64,000 nucleotides of DNA, taken from positions 5,383 through 69,382 of the forward strand of contig JAEEPS010000006.1 of assembly GCA_016284875.1 (NCBI GenBank). The letters are read 5' to 3'. The notes under the pieces were generated by a model. That model worked only from the letters and a program-made list of their open reading frames with translations, was not told the DNA's origin and made no database searches. Both the position numbers and the translations under genes were made by a program. The DNA comes from Salinivirgaceae bacterium (GTDB taxonomy: Bacteria; Bacteroidota; Bacteroidia; Bacteroidales; SZUA-534). Below, piece by piece: positions 9,766 through 18,556 of this stretch (positions are counted from its first letter, which is position 1; each line of letters starts with the position of its first letter).

Positions 9766-11084
9766 ATCTGACAGAAAAAATACGGAGTCTTTTTGATGTG
9801 TCGTTTTGGGACAATATCTACAAAACGCTCACTTTCCGCGATTTGCTGATTGCTGCATCGCCGGCTGCCTTGAAACGTGCCGTTAAACGGAATGCAGCCA
9901 AACAACAGCGCATGCTGAAAGAGTTGAAAGAGAAGCAGAAAATCACCGTGGCGTTCTTTTTGCAGAGTCCGTCGGTTTGGAAATACGACCGTTTGTATTG
10001 GCTTTTCGATAAGAGCGAACGTTTTGAGCCTGTGGTAGTTATCACGCCCTTCAATGTCCATTTGAATTACGATAAGGGCGAGATGCGGAATGTGATGAAC
10101 CAATCGGAAGAATTTGCAAAGAAATCGGGCTATCGTTATTTTCAAACATTTGACAGTGAACGAAATAAATGGTTGGATATCAGAAAAACGCTTAATCCCG
10201 ACATTATTTTCTACACAAAACCATACAAAGACACACTTCCGCAGTACCACATTTACCGTTTCCCGGACAAACTGAACTGCTATGCGCCTTATGGAATGAT
10301 GAACATAGATATTTTCAGGATTGTGTATAACCTTCCGTTCCACAATCTACTTTGGCGGTTTTTTGTTGAGACAGAATATCAGGCAGGTTATTCACGAGAA
10401 TACCAGACCTGTGGCGGGACAAACACTGTTGTTTCCGGTAGTTTGGGAATGGAATCGCTGATGCTGCCCGATTACAAGCCTGTGGATGTCTGGAAACCGC
10501 AGCCAGTGCGCAAGAAACGCATAATTTGGGCACCGCACCATACGGTCGATTATCTGTTCAATTTCTCTAACTTCTTCGCTTACTGCGATTTTATGTTCGA
10601 GTTAGCCGAGAAGTATAAAGACGATATTCAAATCGCCTTCAAGCCGCACCCGGTGCTAAAATTCAAACTCATAAACATTTGGGGTACAGAGCGAACCGAA
10701 GCCTACTATCAGCGTTGGCGTGACCTGCCCAATGGCCAACCTGAGGAAGGCTACTATGCCGACCTTTTCCTGACTTCCGACGCCATGATTCACGACTGCG
10801 CGTCGTTCACGGCTGAATATCTCTACACAAAAAAGCCTACAATGTTCATTGTCAAGGATAAAGACGCGAATCATTGGAACTCATTCGGGCAGAAGTGCTT
10901 CGATTTGCACTACCATGCTTATCAGCCGTCGGATGTTGAGGATTACATTAAGAATGTTGTGGTTGCCGGCAACGACACAATGCAAGCCGCGCGCGACGAG
11001 TTCTATAAAGAATATCTCTATCCGAAAGATGGAGTGCTGCCGTCGCAGAAGATTGTTAATACCATTTTGGACGAACTAGCGTAA
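9762..11084 (+). CDS. TagF/TagB-like CDP-polyol phosphotransferase (CDP-glycerol glycerophosphotransferase family)
   Basis: 440 aa. The C-terminal half has IIWAPHHT and DCASFTAEYLYTKKPTMF blocks resembling the Glyphos_transf family. ATGA overlap with the SDR gene. Confidence 0.7.
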   Translation: MNLTEKIRSLFDVSFWDNIYKTLTFRDLLIAASPAALKRAVKRNAAKQQRMLKELKEKQKITVAFFLQSPSVWKYDRLYWLFDKSERFEPVVVITPFNVHLNYDKGEMRNVMNQSEEFAKKSGYRYFQTFDSERNKWLDIRKTLNPDIIFYTKPYKDTLPQYHIYRFPDKLNCYAPYGMMNIDIFRIVYNLPFHNLLWRFFVETEYQAGYSREYQTCGGTNTVVSGSLGMESLMLPDYKPVDVWKPQPVRKKRIIWAPHHTVDYLFNFSNFFAYCDFMFELAEKYKDDIQIAFKPHPVLKFKLINIWGTERTEAYYQRWRDLPNGQPEEGYYADLFLTSDAMIHDCASFTAEYLYTKKPTMFIVKDKDANHWNSFGQKCFDLHYHAYQPSDVEDYIKNVVVAGNDTMQAARDEFYKEYLYPKDGVLPSQKIVNTILDELA

Positions 11085-11101
11085 CCAATTGTATATAAAA
11101 G

Positions 11102-11130
11102 AAACACCCGCTAACAGCGGGTGTTTTTGT
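11102..11130. terminator. Bidirectional intrinsic terminator between convergent genes
   Basis: 10-bp stem AAACACCCGC/GCGGGTGTTT with loop TAACA, flanked by an A-run and a T-run. Confidence 0.85.
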
Positions 11131-11135
11131 TGTTA

Positions 11136-13568
11136 TTATTCAGCCTTCAAATAATTCCGTACGCCCCAGCCAATGCTTCCGGCCACGAACATCAGAATCA
11201 GAATCAGGCAAACAACGCCAACCTTGTCGCCTTTGTAAACGGTGTCGGGGCGGAACTCGAAACGTATTTTGTGTTCGCCTGCAGGAATGTTGAGCGCGCG
11301 TAGAACGTAGTTGGCGCGGAAAATCTCTGTCGGGTTCCCGTCAATGTAGGCCTTCCAGCCGAGGGGATAGTAGATTTCAGAGAACACTGCAGTTTTTGCT
11401 TGGCTCGAGTTTGATGTATATTCCAGTGCATCAGGCGCATAACTTGTCAAACGGATGCTCGCAGCAGAGTCGGAAACGGAGTTGAAGTCTTGCACTAGAT
11501 TGCTGAATTTTGCGTCAGTCACGATTGTTGCGGCCGATTTGATGCTGTTCAGAGCATCGCACTCTTCGCGTGGCGTTTGGGCCACAATCAGCGAGTCGGC
11601 GAACCAGCAGTTGCCCCATGCTTCAGCATTGAGCATTGGCGTTGCGCCCTGTTCGGTTTGCTGAATTATGTATTTGGTGTTCAGCATGTTCAGCACAGTC
11701 ATGTTGCCGCGAGATATGTGTTCGTCAATCAAATCCTGATAGCGGCGCAGTTTGGCAGCGTGATATCCGCCCACTGATTTTAGATAGTACGATGTACGCG
11801 CATCGTTGAAAGTGTTGGTTGTCAGGTTCAGAACGCGGAAGTTGGGATCGGTGTCGCGCAGAATCCGATCTTCGTAGTCGGTCTTTGCAAAGTAGCCCTT
11901 CTTGTCTTTCTCGTTCACAAAATTGTCGTTGTTGAAATACCGCTTGTTCACCGGCCAAAGGTCGATGAGCACAAGGCAGCCGATGGCAATCAGCATCGGT
12001 TTAACCTTGATTTTTTCGGCTACAAACAGCCATAATGTTACAAACGCTGCCGCAATGAAAATCAGCGAGCGGAAAGCATCAGATGTTAACATTGTTGCAC
12101 GTTCACTAATAATCAGTTTGTTAATCCAATCGGGCAACTGACGGAAGATTTGTTCGTCGTTGACCGATGTGAAACTGAACATCGACCCGCCGAACAATGC
12201 AAGCAGTAGGCAGATGCCGCCGGTTACACCGCCTGATATAAACAGAGCGCGTTTAAGTTCTTGTTTACCAATTCGTTTGTCGATAATCTGCTGCAGTGCC
12301 ATAAATCCGAGAATAGGCATCGCCACTTCGGCCACGACCAATATCGATGACACAGCGCGGAACTTGTTGTACATCGGGAAATAATTGAAAAACAGCCGTG
12401 AGAGCCACTCAAAATTACGTCCCCAAGCCAACAAAATCGAGAAAATTGTCGCGCCAAGCAGAGCCCATTTGTAAGGACTTTTGACAATTATCAAGCCCAG
12501 CAGGAAAAGGAAACAAACAATGGCGCCAACGTAGACGGGGCCTTCGGTGAATGGCATATCGCCCCAGTACATCGGCAGGCTTTGACAGAATTGTTTGGCG
12601 TTGTTGCGAGGCACGCCTTGCTTCGCCATTTCATCGTAAAGTTTTGATTTAGTGCCGACTTCGTAGTGCGATGAGCCGCCGTAGAAATCAGGCACCAATA
12701 AGGTCATTGTCTCTCCAATGCCATAACTCCAACTTGTAGCGTAGTCAAAATCAAGACCTTTCTGTGCTTTGCCTTCGCTTTTGGTCAACTCGGAATGACC
12801 GCCGCGCATGGTTTCTTCAACATATTCGGCATTTGTTTTTATGTTGCTATAGCCTGTTCCAAGTCCGATGCAGATCGATGCCGCAAAAATTCCGACACCA
12901 ATGGCAAGGTCTTTTAAACGATTCTCTTTCAAATGAATATACAATTCTGCAACGCTGAATACCCCCAACATCATCATATAATAATAGGCCATCTGCGGGT
13001 GCAGAATCATGCCGAAAGCCGTAAAAACCATTGTTAGAGAGGCTCCAAGCAGATAGCGTTTTTTGAAGATATAAACGAAACCGGCAATTACGCAAGCCAT
13101 ATAACCAACGGCAAAAACCTTGAATATATGTCCAGCCGCGATAATTATCAGAAAATAAGTGGATAACGTTATCGCAATCGCCCCGATTATTGACAGCCAT
13201 TTGCTCACGTTAAAAGCGCGCATCAGGATGAAAAAGCCGAACAGATAAGTCAGGAACCATGCCCAAACCGATCCCAAAAACAATGTGTATGCCTTGCGTA
13301 AAACACTGATTATCTTTGATGAAGTCGTTGGAAATGAAATTTGGTAGGTTGGCATTCCTCCAAAAAGTGAGTTTGTCCAATACGATGTCTGACCGGTAGT
13401 TTTGGCGTATTCACTAACCTCGTGGCTGTTGCACTGTCCGCTGATTATATCGGTTTGTGACAGCACCTTGCCTTCAACTGCAGGCCAGCAGTAGGCGGTT
13501 GCCAAAGCGATGAATATTGCGATTGCCGCAAAGTACGGCATGAATTTCTTGAAATCGATTTTGTTCAT
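11136..13568 (-). CDS. YfhO-family polytopic membrane protein (putative lipid-linked glycosyl transferase)
   Basis: 810 aa. Many TM helices are followed by a large C-terminal soluble domain and a final TM. Assignment rests on architecture and remembered conserved blocks. Confidence 0.65.
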   Translation of the reverse strand: MNKIDFKKFMPYFAAIAIFIALATAYCWPAVEGKVLSQTDIISGQCNSHEVSEYAKTTGQTSYWTNSLFGGMPTYQISFPTTSSKIISVLRKAYTLFLGSVWAWFLTYLFGFFILMRAFNVSKWLSIIGAIAITLSTYFLIIIAAGHIFKVFAVGYMACVIAGFVYIFKKRYLLGASLTMVFTAFGMILHPQMAYYYMMMLGVFSVAELYIHLKENRLKDLAIGVGIFAASICIGLGTGYSNIKTNAEYVEETMRGGHSELTKSEGKAQKGLDFDYATSWSYGIGETMTLLVPDFYGGSSHYEVGTKSKLYDEMAKQGVPRNNAKQFCQSLPMYWGDMPFTEGPVYVGAIVCFLFLLGLIIVKSPYKWALLGATIFSILLAWGRNFEWLSRLFFNYFPMYNKFRAVSSILVVAEVAMPILGFMALQQIIDKRIGKQELKRALFISGGVTGGICLLLALFGGSMFSFTSVNDEQIFRQLPDWINKLIISERATMLTSDAFRSLIFIAAAFVTLWLFVAEKIKVKPMLIAIGCLVLIDLWPVNKRYFNNDNFVNEKDKKGYFAKTDYEDRILRDTDPNFRVLNLTTNTFNDARTSYYLKSVGGYHAAKLRRYQDLIDEHISRGNMTVLNMLNTKYIIQQTEQGATPMLNAEAWGNCWFADSLIVAQTPREECDALNSIKSAATIVTDAKFSNLVQDFNSVSDSAASIRLTSYAPDALEYTSNSSQAKTAVFSEIYYPLGWKAYIDGNPTEIFRANYVLRALNIPAGEHKIRFEFRPDTVYKGDKVGVVCLILILMFVAGSIGWGVRNYLKAE

Positions 13569-13655
13569 ATTTATCTATGTTACTGATATTTGCGATATTT
13601 TATTCCGATGTCCGAAATTGCGCGAATGTAGTCAAATAATTGTTCGGTTTGCTTT

Positions 13656-14120
13656 TTATTCCAATTTGAACCGCAAGCGCCAGCGTGTCGTGTCCGTGTC
13701 CCAGTCGTGGCTGATGATTTTGAAGTGGCCGATTTCCGCTGTGTTGCTTACGTGCAGCCCGATGCAGAGGCATTCGTCGTAGTTTCCGACTTTCACCACA
13801 CGCACCGTTTCCGAAGCATCGTCGGGCAGGCGGCTCAGGTCGAAGCGCGATTGGGCTTCGGCTTGCGTGATGAATTCTGTTGTCACATCCAGATGGCTGT
13901 CAATCACGCGGTTGACTTCAGTTTCAAGTGCCGCCACTTCGCTGTCCGACGGGCAGTGGTCGAGCCGATAGTCGAGTTTGCTCTTTTTACGCTCGATGTG
14001 CGCTTCAAATGCCCGCCCGCAGCCGAAAAGGTTAATCATTGCGCGGTTCACAATGTGCTCGGTGGTGTGCATCGGCGGAAACTCTTCCTTGTTGTGCGCG
14101 TTAAGGGTTATGTCATTCAT
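13656..14120 (-). CDS. AlaX-type stand-alone alanyl-tRNA editing domain protein (tRNA_SAD)
   Basis: 154 aa with the zinc-binding motifs HTTEH and CLCIGLHV characteristic of the Thr/Ala-tRNA synthetase second additional domain. Confidence 0.75.
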   Translation of the reverse strand: MNDITLNAHNKEEFPPMHTTEHIVNRAMINLFGCGRAFEAHIERKKSKLDYRLDHCPSDSEVAALETEVNRVIDSHLDVTTEFITQAEAQSRFDLSRLPDDASETVRVVKVGNYDECLCIGLHVSNTAEIGHFKIISHDWDTDTTRWRLRFKLE

Positions 14121-14604
14121 ATTTTATTGAGAATGTAAGATTTCCATCTAAAACATATGTGCCATCGGGAAGATTAAACGTCAGATTGTCGAAGTATAGT
14201 TTTGCTTCAGTATCGGAATATTCCAGCAGAAAAATCTTTCCTTTATAATTTGATGTAAAATAGTTTGAATTTGATGATGCTGGCATTCCGAAATCAATTT
14301 GGTTAATTTTTATTTTATCGTATGGTTCGTATTCATCCAAACCATTGATATCCACCATTAAAGATATGACTTCATTCCAATAATGGCCTTCAGTTATCGC
14401 GAAAAGAAAATACACATTTCCATCTTTTGTAATGTACGTGTTTTCATCGTCAAACACTCTGGATGCTCCGTCGGGAACAATAATTGAACATTCCTTACTA
14501 GCATCGATTAGTGATGCATCGTCCTTTAAATCATCGTTTTTGCACGAAAACACCAGTGTAGCGATGGCGATAATGATTGTTGTTTTTGAAAGTAATCCGT
14601 TCAT
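14113..14604 (-). CDS. Hypothetical lipoprotein
   Basis: 163 aa. Signal peptide with lipobox LVFSC. The gene is AT-rich and its 3' end overlaps the start of the alaX-like gene by 8 nt. Confidence 0.6.
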   Translation of the reverse strand: MNGLLSKTTIIIAIATLVFSCKNDDLKDDASLIDASKECSIIVPDGASRVFDDENTYITKDGNVYFLFAITEGHYWNEVISLMVDINGLDEYEPYDKIKINQIDFGMPASSNSNYFTSNYKGKIFLLEYSDTEAKLYFDNLTFNLPDGTYVLDGNLTFSIKYE

Positions 14605-14642
14605 AATGATTTATTTAAAGTTAAACATCTGTTAGTTTCAAT

Positions 14643-16601
14643 TTATTCAACGCCTACAACCTTCAACTCGGTGCGGCGGTTTGCTTCGCGGCCTTCGGCA
14701 GTGGCATTGTCGCCGACGGGTGCCGATTTGCCATAACCTTTATACGAAAGTTGCGATTGACCAACACCTTGCGAAATCAGATAATCATAAACCGATTTGG
14801 CACGTTTCTCCGAAAGTTGCTGATTATAAGCGTCGTTGCCAACGTTATCGGTGTGGCCGCCAATCTCGAATTTCACGCCAGCGCTGTTTTTGATGAACAC
14901 CGCCATCTGGTTCAACTCCACAAACGACTGTGGCATAAGTTCATACGAGTCGAATTTGAAGAAGATGTTGCGCAGGATGGTGTTTGCTCCAACTTGCGGC
15001 TTCTCAAGTTTAATATTGACCACGTAAGGTTCTGTGGCTGAATGCGTTTCGGTCAGATTGAAATGTTGCGAGTTGAACAGATACCCTGGACTGGTGGCAA
15101 GCATCGCATATTGGCGGCCAACGGGCAGACTGACAAGGAAATCGCCAGATTCGGCGCTCGAAACAACCGACATCACCGTATCGCCCTTGGGCAAATTGAG
15201 CAGTTGCACCTGCGCCTTGAGCGGCAAGTTTGTTTGCGCATCCGTCACTAAACCACTGACATACGACACTGGCGTCGGACGAACGGCTTCGGGCAGTTCA
15301 AAGGTGTAGATGTTTTTGGTATCGCTGTTAACGTTCGACGAGAAATAGGCCGTAACGCCTTTATTATCAACTACTAATCCAATCTCGTCGCGGTGCGAGT
15401 TTATGGGGTAGCCCAAATTAACGGGCTCGGTCCATTGGCCAGTACTGTCGCGGCGCGACATAAAAATATCTTTCTTTCCCAATCCAGGATGGCCATCGGA
15501 ACTAAAGTAAAGTGTCTGATTGTCAGGATGGATGAACGGACAAATATCATCGCCAGGGGTGTTGATGGGGGCGCCTAGATTCTTCGGTTTGCCCCAACGG
15601 CCATTGGCGTCGAGTTCTGAAACCCAGATGTCCATCTTGCCCAAACCACCCGCACGGTCCGACGCAAAATAGAGATAACGGCCATCTGGCGAAAGGCACG
15701 GCTGCTTGTCGGCCGACGCTGCATTGACAGCACTGCCCGCGTTGTAGGGCCTGCCCCATTGGCCGTAAACATCTTTTTTGGCAAAATAAATATCGCACTT
15801 GCCAAAACCATCGCGACGGTTACAACCAGTGAAAACCAATGTGTTACCATCAGCCGAAATCTGCTGCGCACCTTCGTTGCCTATGGTGTTGATGGGCGCT
15901 CCAATGGGCACGGCAGGCTGCCACTGGCCATCAATAAAGCGCGTCACATAAAAATCTTCCTGCATCATAATCGAACCATCGGGGCGGAAATGCAGACTGT
16001 CGGGTAGCAACATTGTGAAAACCAACGTTTTGCCATCGAGTGAAAGCGACGGCCAATACTGCTCGTGGGGCAGTTCCAAATCGGCGCCCAACGATTTCGG
16101 CTCAAACGGCACTGGGTTATTCACTAAATCGATGGCTATCTGGCATTTAGCAATGTATTGTTGAGTCAGTTCCTTCGATTTTGCGTTTGCCTTTGGATTG
16201 TTCAAAAATATTGAGTAATAGTGTTTTGACTCGACATACTGGCCATTTTCATAAAGAGCGTTGGCAAGATTGTAGTCGAGATAGGTGTCGAAAGTGGAAT
16301 CGATGGCGCGGGCGGCCAACAGCGCTTCAACAATGCACTCGCAGAAATCGCCATAACTGCACATTTCGGCCTTCAGCAGATAAGCTTCAAGGAAACGCGA
16401 GTCGGCATCGATGGCTTTGTTAATCTCGATTTCGGCATTGGCCAAATCACGCTGATTCATAAACGATTTCGCGCGAAAATAGTACGATTTCGCCTTGCTC
16501 GACTTGGTGGTTGTCAGCGCTTCGTGCTGGGCGCTGGCCGCCACAACCGAAAAAAGCAGCGCAAAGGTTGCGAATATTTTTAGTAACTTATTCATAATCA
16601 A
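14643..16601 (-). CDS. OmpA-family protein with N-terminal TPR and TolB-like (PD40) beta-propeller repeats
   Basis: 652 aa with a signal peptide and TPR-like helices. Repeated motifs include QISADGNTLVFT, PCLSPDGRYLYFASDR and YFSSDG. The C-terminal OmpA domain reads GHTDNVGNDAYNQQLSEKRA. Confidence 0.85.
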   Translation of the reverse strand: MIMNKLLKIFATFALLFSVVAASAQHEALTTTKSSKAKSYYFRAKSFMNQRDLANAEIEINKAIDADSRFLEAYLLKAEMCSYGDFCECIVEALLAARAIDSTFDTYLDYNLANALYENGQYVESKHYYSIFLNNPKANAKSKELTQQYIAKCQIAIDLVNNPVPFEPKSLGADLELPHEQYWPSLSLDGKTLVFTMLLPDSLHFRPDGSIMMQEDFYVTRFIDGQWQPAVPIGAPINTIGNEGAQQISADGNTLVFTGCNRRDGFGKCDIYFAKKDVYGQWGRPYNAGSAVNAASADKQPCLSPDGRYLYFASDRAGGLGKMDIWVSELDANGRWGKPKNLGAPINTPGDDICPFIHPDNQTLYFSSDGHPGLGKKDIFMSRRDSTGQWTEPVNLGYPINSHRDEIGLVVDNKGVTAYFSSNVNSDTKNIYTFELPEAVRPTPVSYVSGLVTDAQTNLPLKAQVQLLNLPKGDTVMSVVSSAESGDFLVSLPVGRQYAMLATSPGYLFNSQHFNLTETHSATEPYVVNIKLEKPQVGANTILRNIFFKFDSYELMPQSFVELNQMAVFIKNSAGVKFEIGGHTDNVGNDAYNQQLSEKRAKSVYDYLISQGVGQSQLSYKGYGKSAPVGDNATAEGREANRRTELKVVGVE

Positions 16602-17653
16602 ATATAATCGCGACGAATAATCAACCCTTTTTCTTCAAGAACAGCGGTTACTTTCTGAATCAAATCAACCTTCTCTTTCAAAGGCAGGAACGCCGACTTG
16701 AAGCCGTTAATTATCAAGTATTTAAGTTCGCTCGGCGTAAATCCGAATTTCTCAATCACAAGCATATACTCGTCGGTGAGAGTTGTGTTGGAAATTAGGC
16801 GGTTATCGGTGTTGATGGTGACGCGGATTCCCAAATCGAAATAGAACTTAACTGGGTGTTTTTCAATGCTATCGACGGCCTTGGTCTGCAAGTTCGACGT
16901 GACGCACATCTCGAGCGGAATGCGGTGGTCGTTCACATAGTTGAGCAGGTCGCCGTCTTCGCGCAGGCGCGTGCCGTGACCAATGCGGTTGGCGCTCACC
17001 ATATGCAGCGCCTGGTGGATTGACTCGGGCCCATAAGCCTCGCCCGCGTGCACTGTGGTGTTGATATTGTTATTGATAATCAAGTCGAAAGCCTCTTTGT
17101 GGTCCTTGGCGGGGAAACCGTCTTCGGCGCCTGCCAAATCGTAGCCCACCACCCCGCGGTTCTTGTAGGCCACAGCCAACTCTGCCAACAAAAGCGACGT
17201 TTCGGGCGTTGAGTGGCGCAGTCCGCAGACAATGATTCCAACCTTGATGTTGAAATCGCGCTCGGCTTTGGCCTTGCCCTCAAGCACGGCGTCAATAACC
17301 TCGGTCAGTTTCAAACCTTTGTTAATGTGCAAGATAGGCGAAAAACGAATCTCGAGATACCAAATATTTTCCTCGGCGCAGTCTTCGGCCAATTCGTAAG
17401 TGGCGCGAACAAGCGAATCGTAAGTCTGTAGAACAGAGCAAGTTATATCGAACGCCTTGAGATAAACTTCCAAACTCGGGCAGTCCATCCCCACTTTCAG
17501 CATCGACTCGAGTTTCTTCGGATCGTCGGTTGGCAACTTAACGTTCTGTTCTTTAGCAAGTTCCAAAATAGTCGACAAGCGCATCGAGCCATCAAGGTGG
17601 CAGTGCAACTCGGCCTTCGGCAGGCTCTTTACAAATTCGTGGGTAAGTTCCAT
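16598..17653 (-). CDS. add: Adenosine deaminase
   Basis: 351 aa with LPKAELHCHLDGS, HAGE and TINTDN metal/catalytic motifs. Its 3' end overlaps the downstream gene's start (ATGA-type, 16598-16601). Confidence 0.9.
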   Translation of the reverse strand: MELTHEFVKSLPKAELHCHLDGSMRLSTILELAKEQNVKLPTDDPKKLESMLKVGMDCPSLEVYLKAFDITCSVLQTYDSLVRATYELAEDCAEENIWYLEIRFSPILHINKGLKLTEVIDAVLEGKAKAERDFNIKVGIIVCGLRHSTPETSLLLAELAVAYKNRGVVGYDLAGAEDGFPAKDHKEAFDLIINNNINTTVHAGEAYGPESIHQALHMVSANRIGHGTRLREDGDLLNYVNDHRIPLEMCVTSNLQTKAVDSIEKHPVKFYFDLGIRVTINTDNRLISNTTLTDEYMLVIEKFGFTPSELKYLIINGFKSAFLPLKEKVDLIQKVTAVLEEKGLIIRRDYI

Positions 17654-17706
17654 ATGAGTTGTAAGTATTAAGTTATCAAAGTTTTAAGTTTTGTGTAAAG
17701 TGTAAT

Positions 17707-17727
17707 GAGTAAAGAGTAAAGAGTAAG
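17707..17727. repeat. 7-nt tandem repeat GAGTAAA x2 plus GAGTAAG inside a C-free spacer
   Basis: Read directly from the sequence: gagtaaa gagtaaa gagtaag. Confidence 0.9.
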
Positions 17728-17774
17728 GATTTCCTAATCATCTAATACCCAATCCCAAACACCTAACACCAAAA

Positions 17775-18479
17775 TCACGCTAATATAGCAAAAATTGCGG
17801 GACGTTTGTGCAAATCGGGCTTATGTTTTGGCCATTCGGCGATGCGAAGGGTGAGCACGAACTCGGTTTCGAGCGTCAAATCGGCGGCGATGCACAGGCG
17901 CGTCTCGGGGTGCAGATTCTGCATAAAGTCCTCAAAAAGAGCCATATTGCGATAGGGCGCCTCAATGAAAAGTTGCGTCTGGTGCTCGGTTTGCGAGCGT
18001 TTCTCGTAGTTGCGGATGGCGCGGATGCGTTCGGGCTGTTTGACAGGCAGATAGCCGTTGAATGCGAAGTTCTGGCCGTTGAGCCCCGAAGCCATCATTG
18101 CAAGAATTATCGACGACGGCCCCGACATTGGCACCACGCGGATGCCCTTTCGGTGAGCCATAGCCACCACTGCGTTCCCGGGGTCGGCTACGGCCGGTGC
18201 GCCCGCTTCCGACATCAGCCCCACGTGCTCACCGCGCTCACAGGCATCGAGATACTGCCCAATGGTTGTCAGGTCGGTATGCTCGTTAAGTTCCACAAAA
18301 TCAGAATCGTCTATTGGAAACTCGGGGTCAACGGCGCGCAAAAAACGGCGGGCTGTCCGTGTGTTCTCGACCACAAAATGTCGCAACTGCGACGCCACGC
18401 CCAACACCTTGGCCGGAATAACATCAGCCGGCTGCTGTTCGCCTAACGTTGTGGGTATCAGGTAAAGATTGCCTTTCAT
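17775..18479 (-). CDS. SAM-dependent methyltransferase of the tetrapyrrole-methylase (RsmI-like) fold
   Basis: MKGNLYLIPTTLGE N-terminus with AGAPAVADPG and PGPSSI-like blocks. The ATG at 18479 is preferred over the ORF opening at 18530. Confidence 0.7.
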   Translation of the reverse strand: MKGNLYLIPTTLGEQQPADVIPAKVLGVASQLRHFVVENTRTARRFLRAVDPEFPIDDSDFVELNEHTDLTTIGQYLDACERGEHVGLMSEAGAPAVADPGNAVVAMAHRKGIRVVPMSGPSSIILAMMASGLNGQNFAFNGYLPVKQPERIRAIRNYEKRSQTEHQTQLFIEAPYRNMALFEDFMQNLHPETRLCIAADLTLETEFVLTLRIAEWPKHKPDLHKRPAIFAILA

Positions 18480-18505
18480 TGTTGTTGATTTTTGATTTTG
18501 AAACA

Positions 18506-18513
18506 CAAATGTA
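18506..18513 (-). promoter_or_regulatory. Candidate -7 box (TAcaTTTG on minus strand)
   Basis: Plus-strand CAAATGTA, 27 nt upstream of the start at 18479. Confidence 0.45.
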
Positions 18514-18556
18514 TTCCGTAACAGTCTCACTGATAGGCGAGATTACTTGTGAAGGA

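Noticed and set aside
9283-10343. Two antisense ORFs (150 aa and 237 aa) across the SDR / TagF-like junction
   Set aside because: They overlap two well-supported, translationally coupled plus-strand genes, and their composition is typical of antisense frames.
16598-17653. Adenosine deaminase as a RADAR-like defence effector
   Set aside because: At 351 aa it has all the classical Add motifs and no giant ATPase partner. It is the size and architecture of the housekeeping enzyme.
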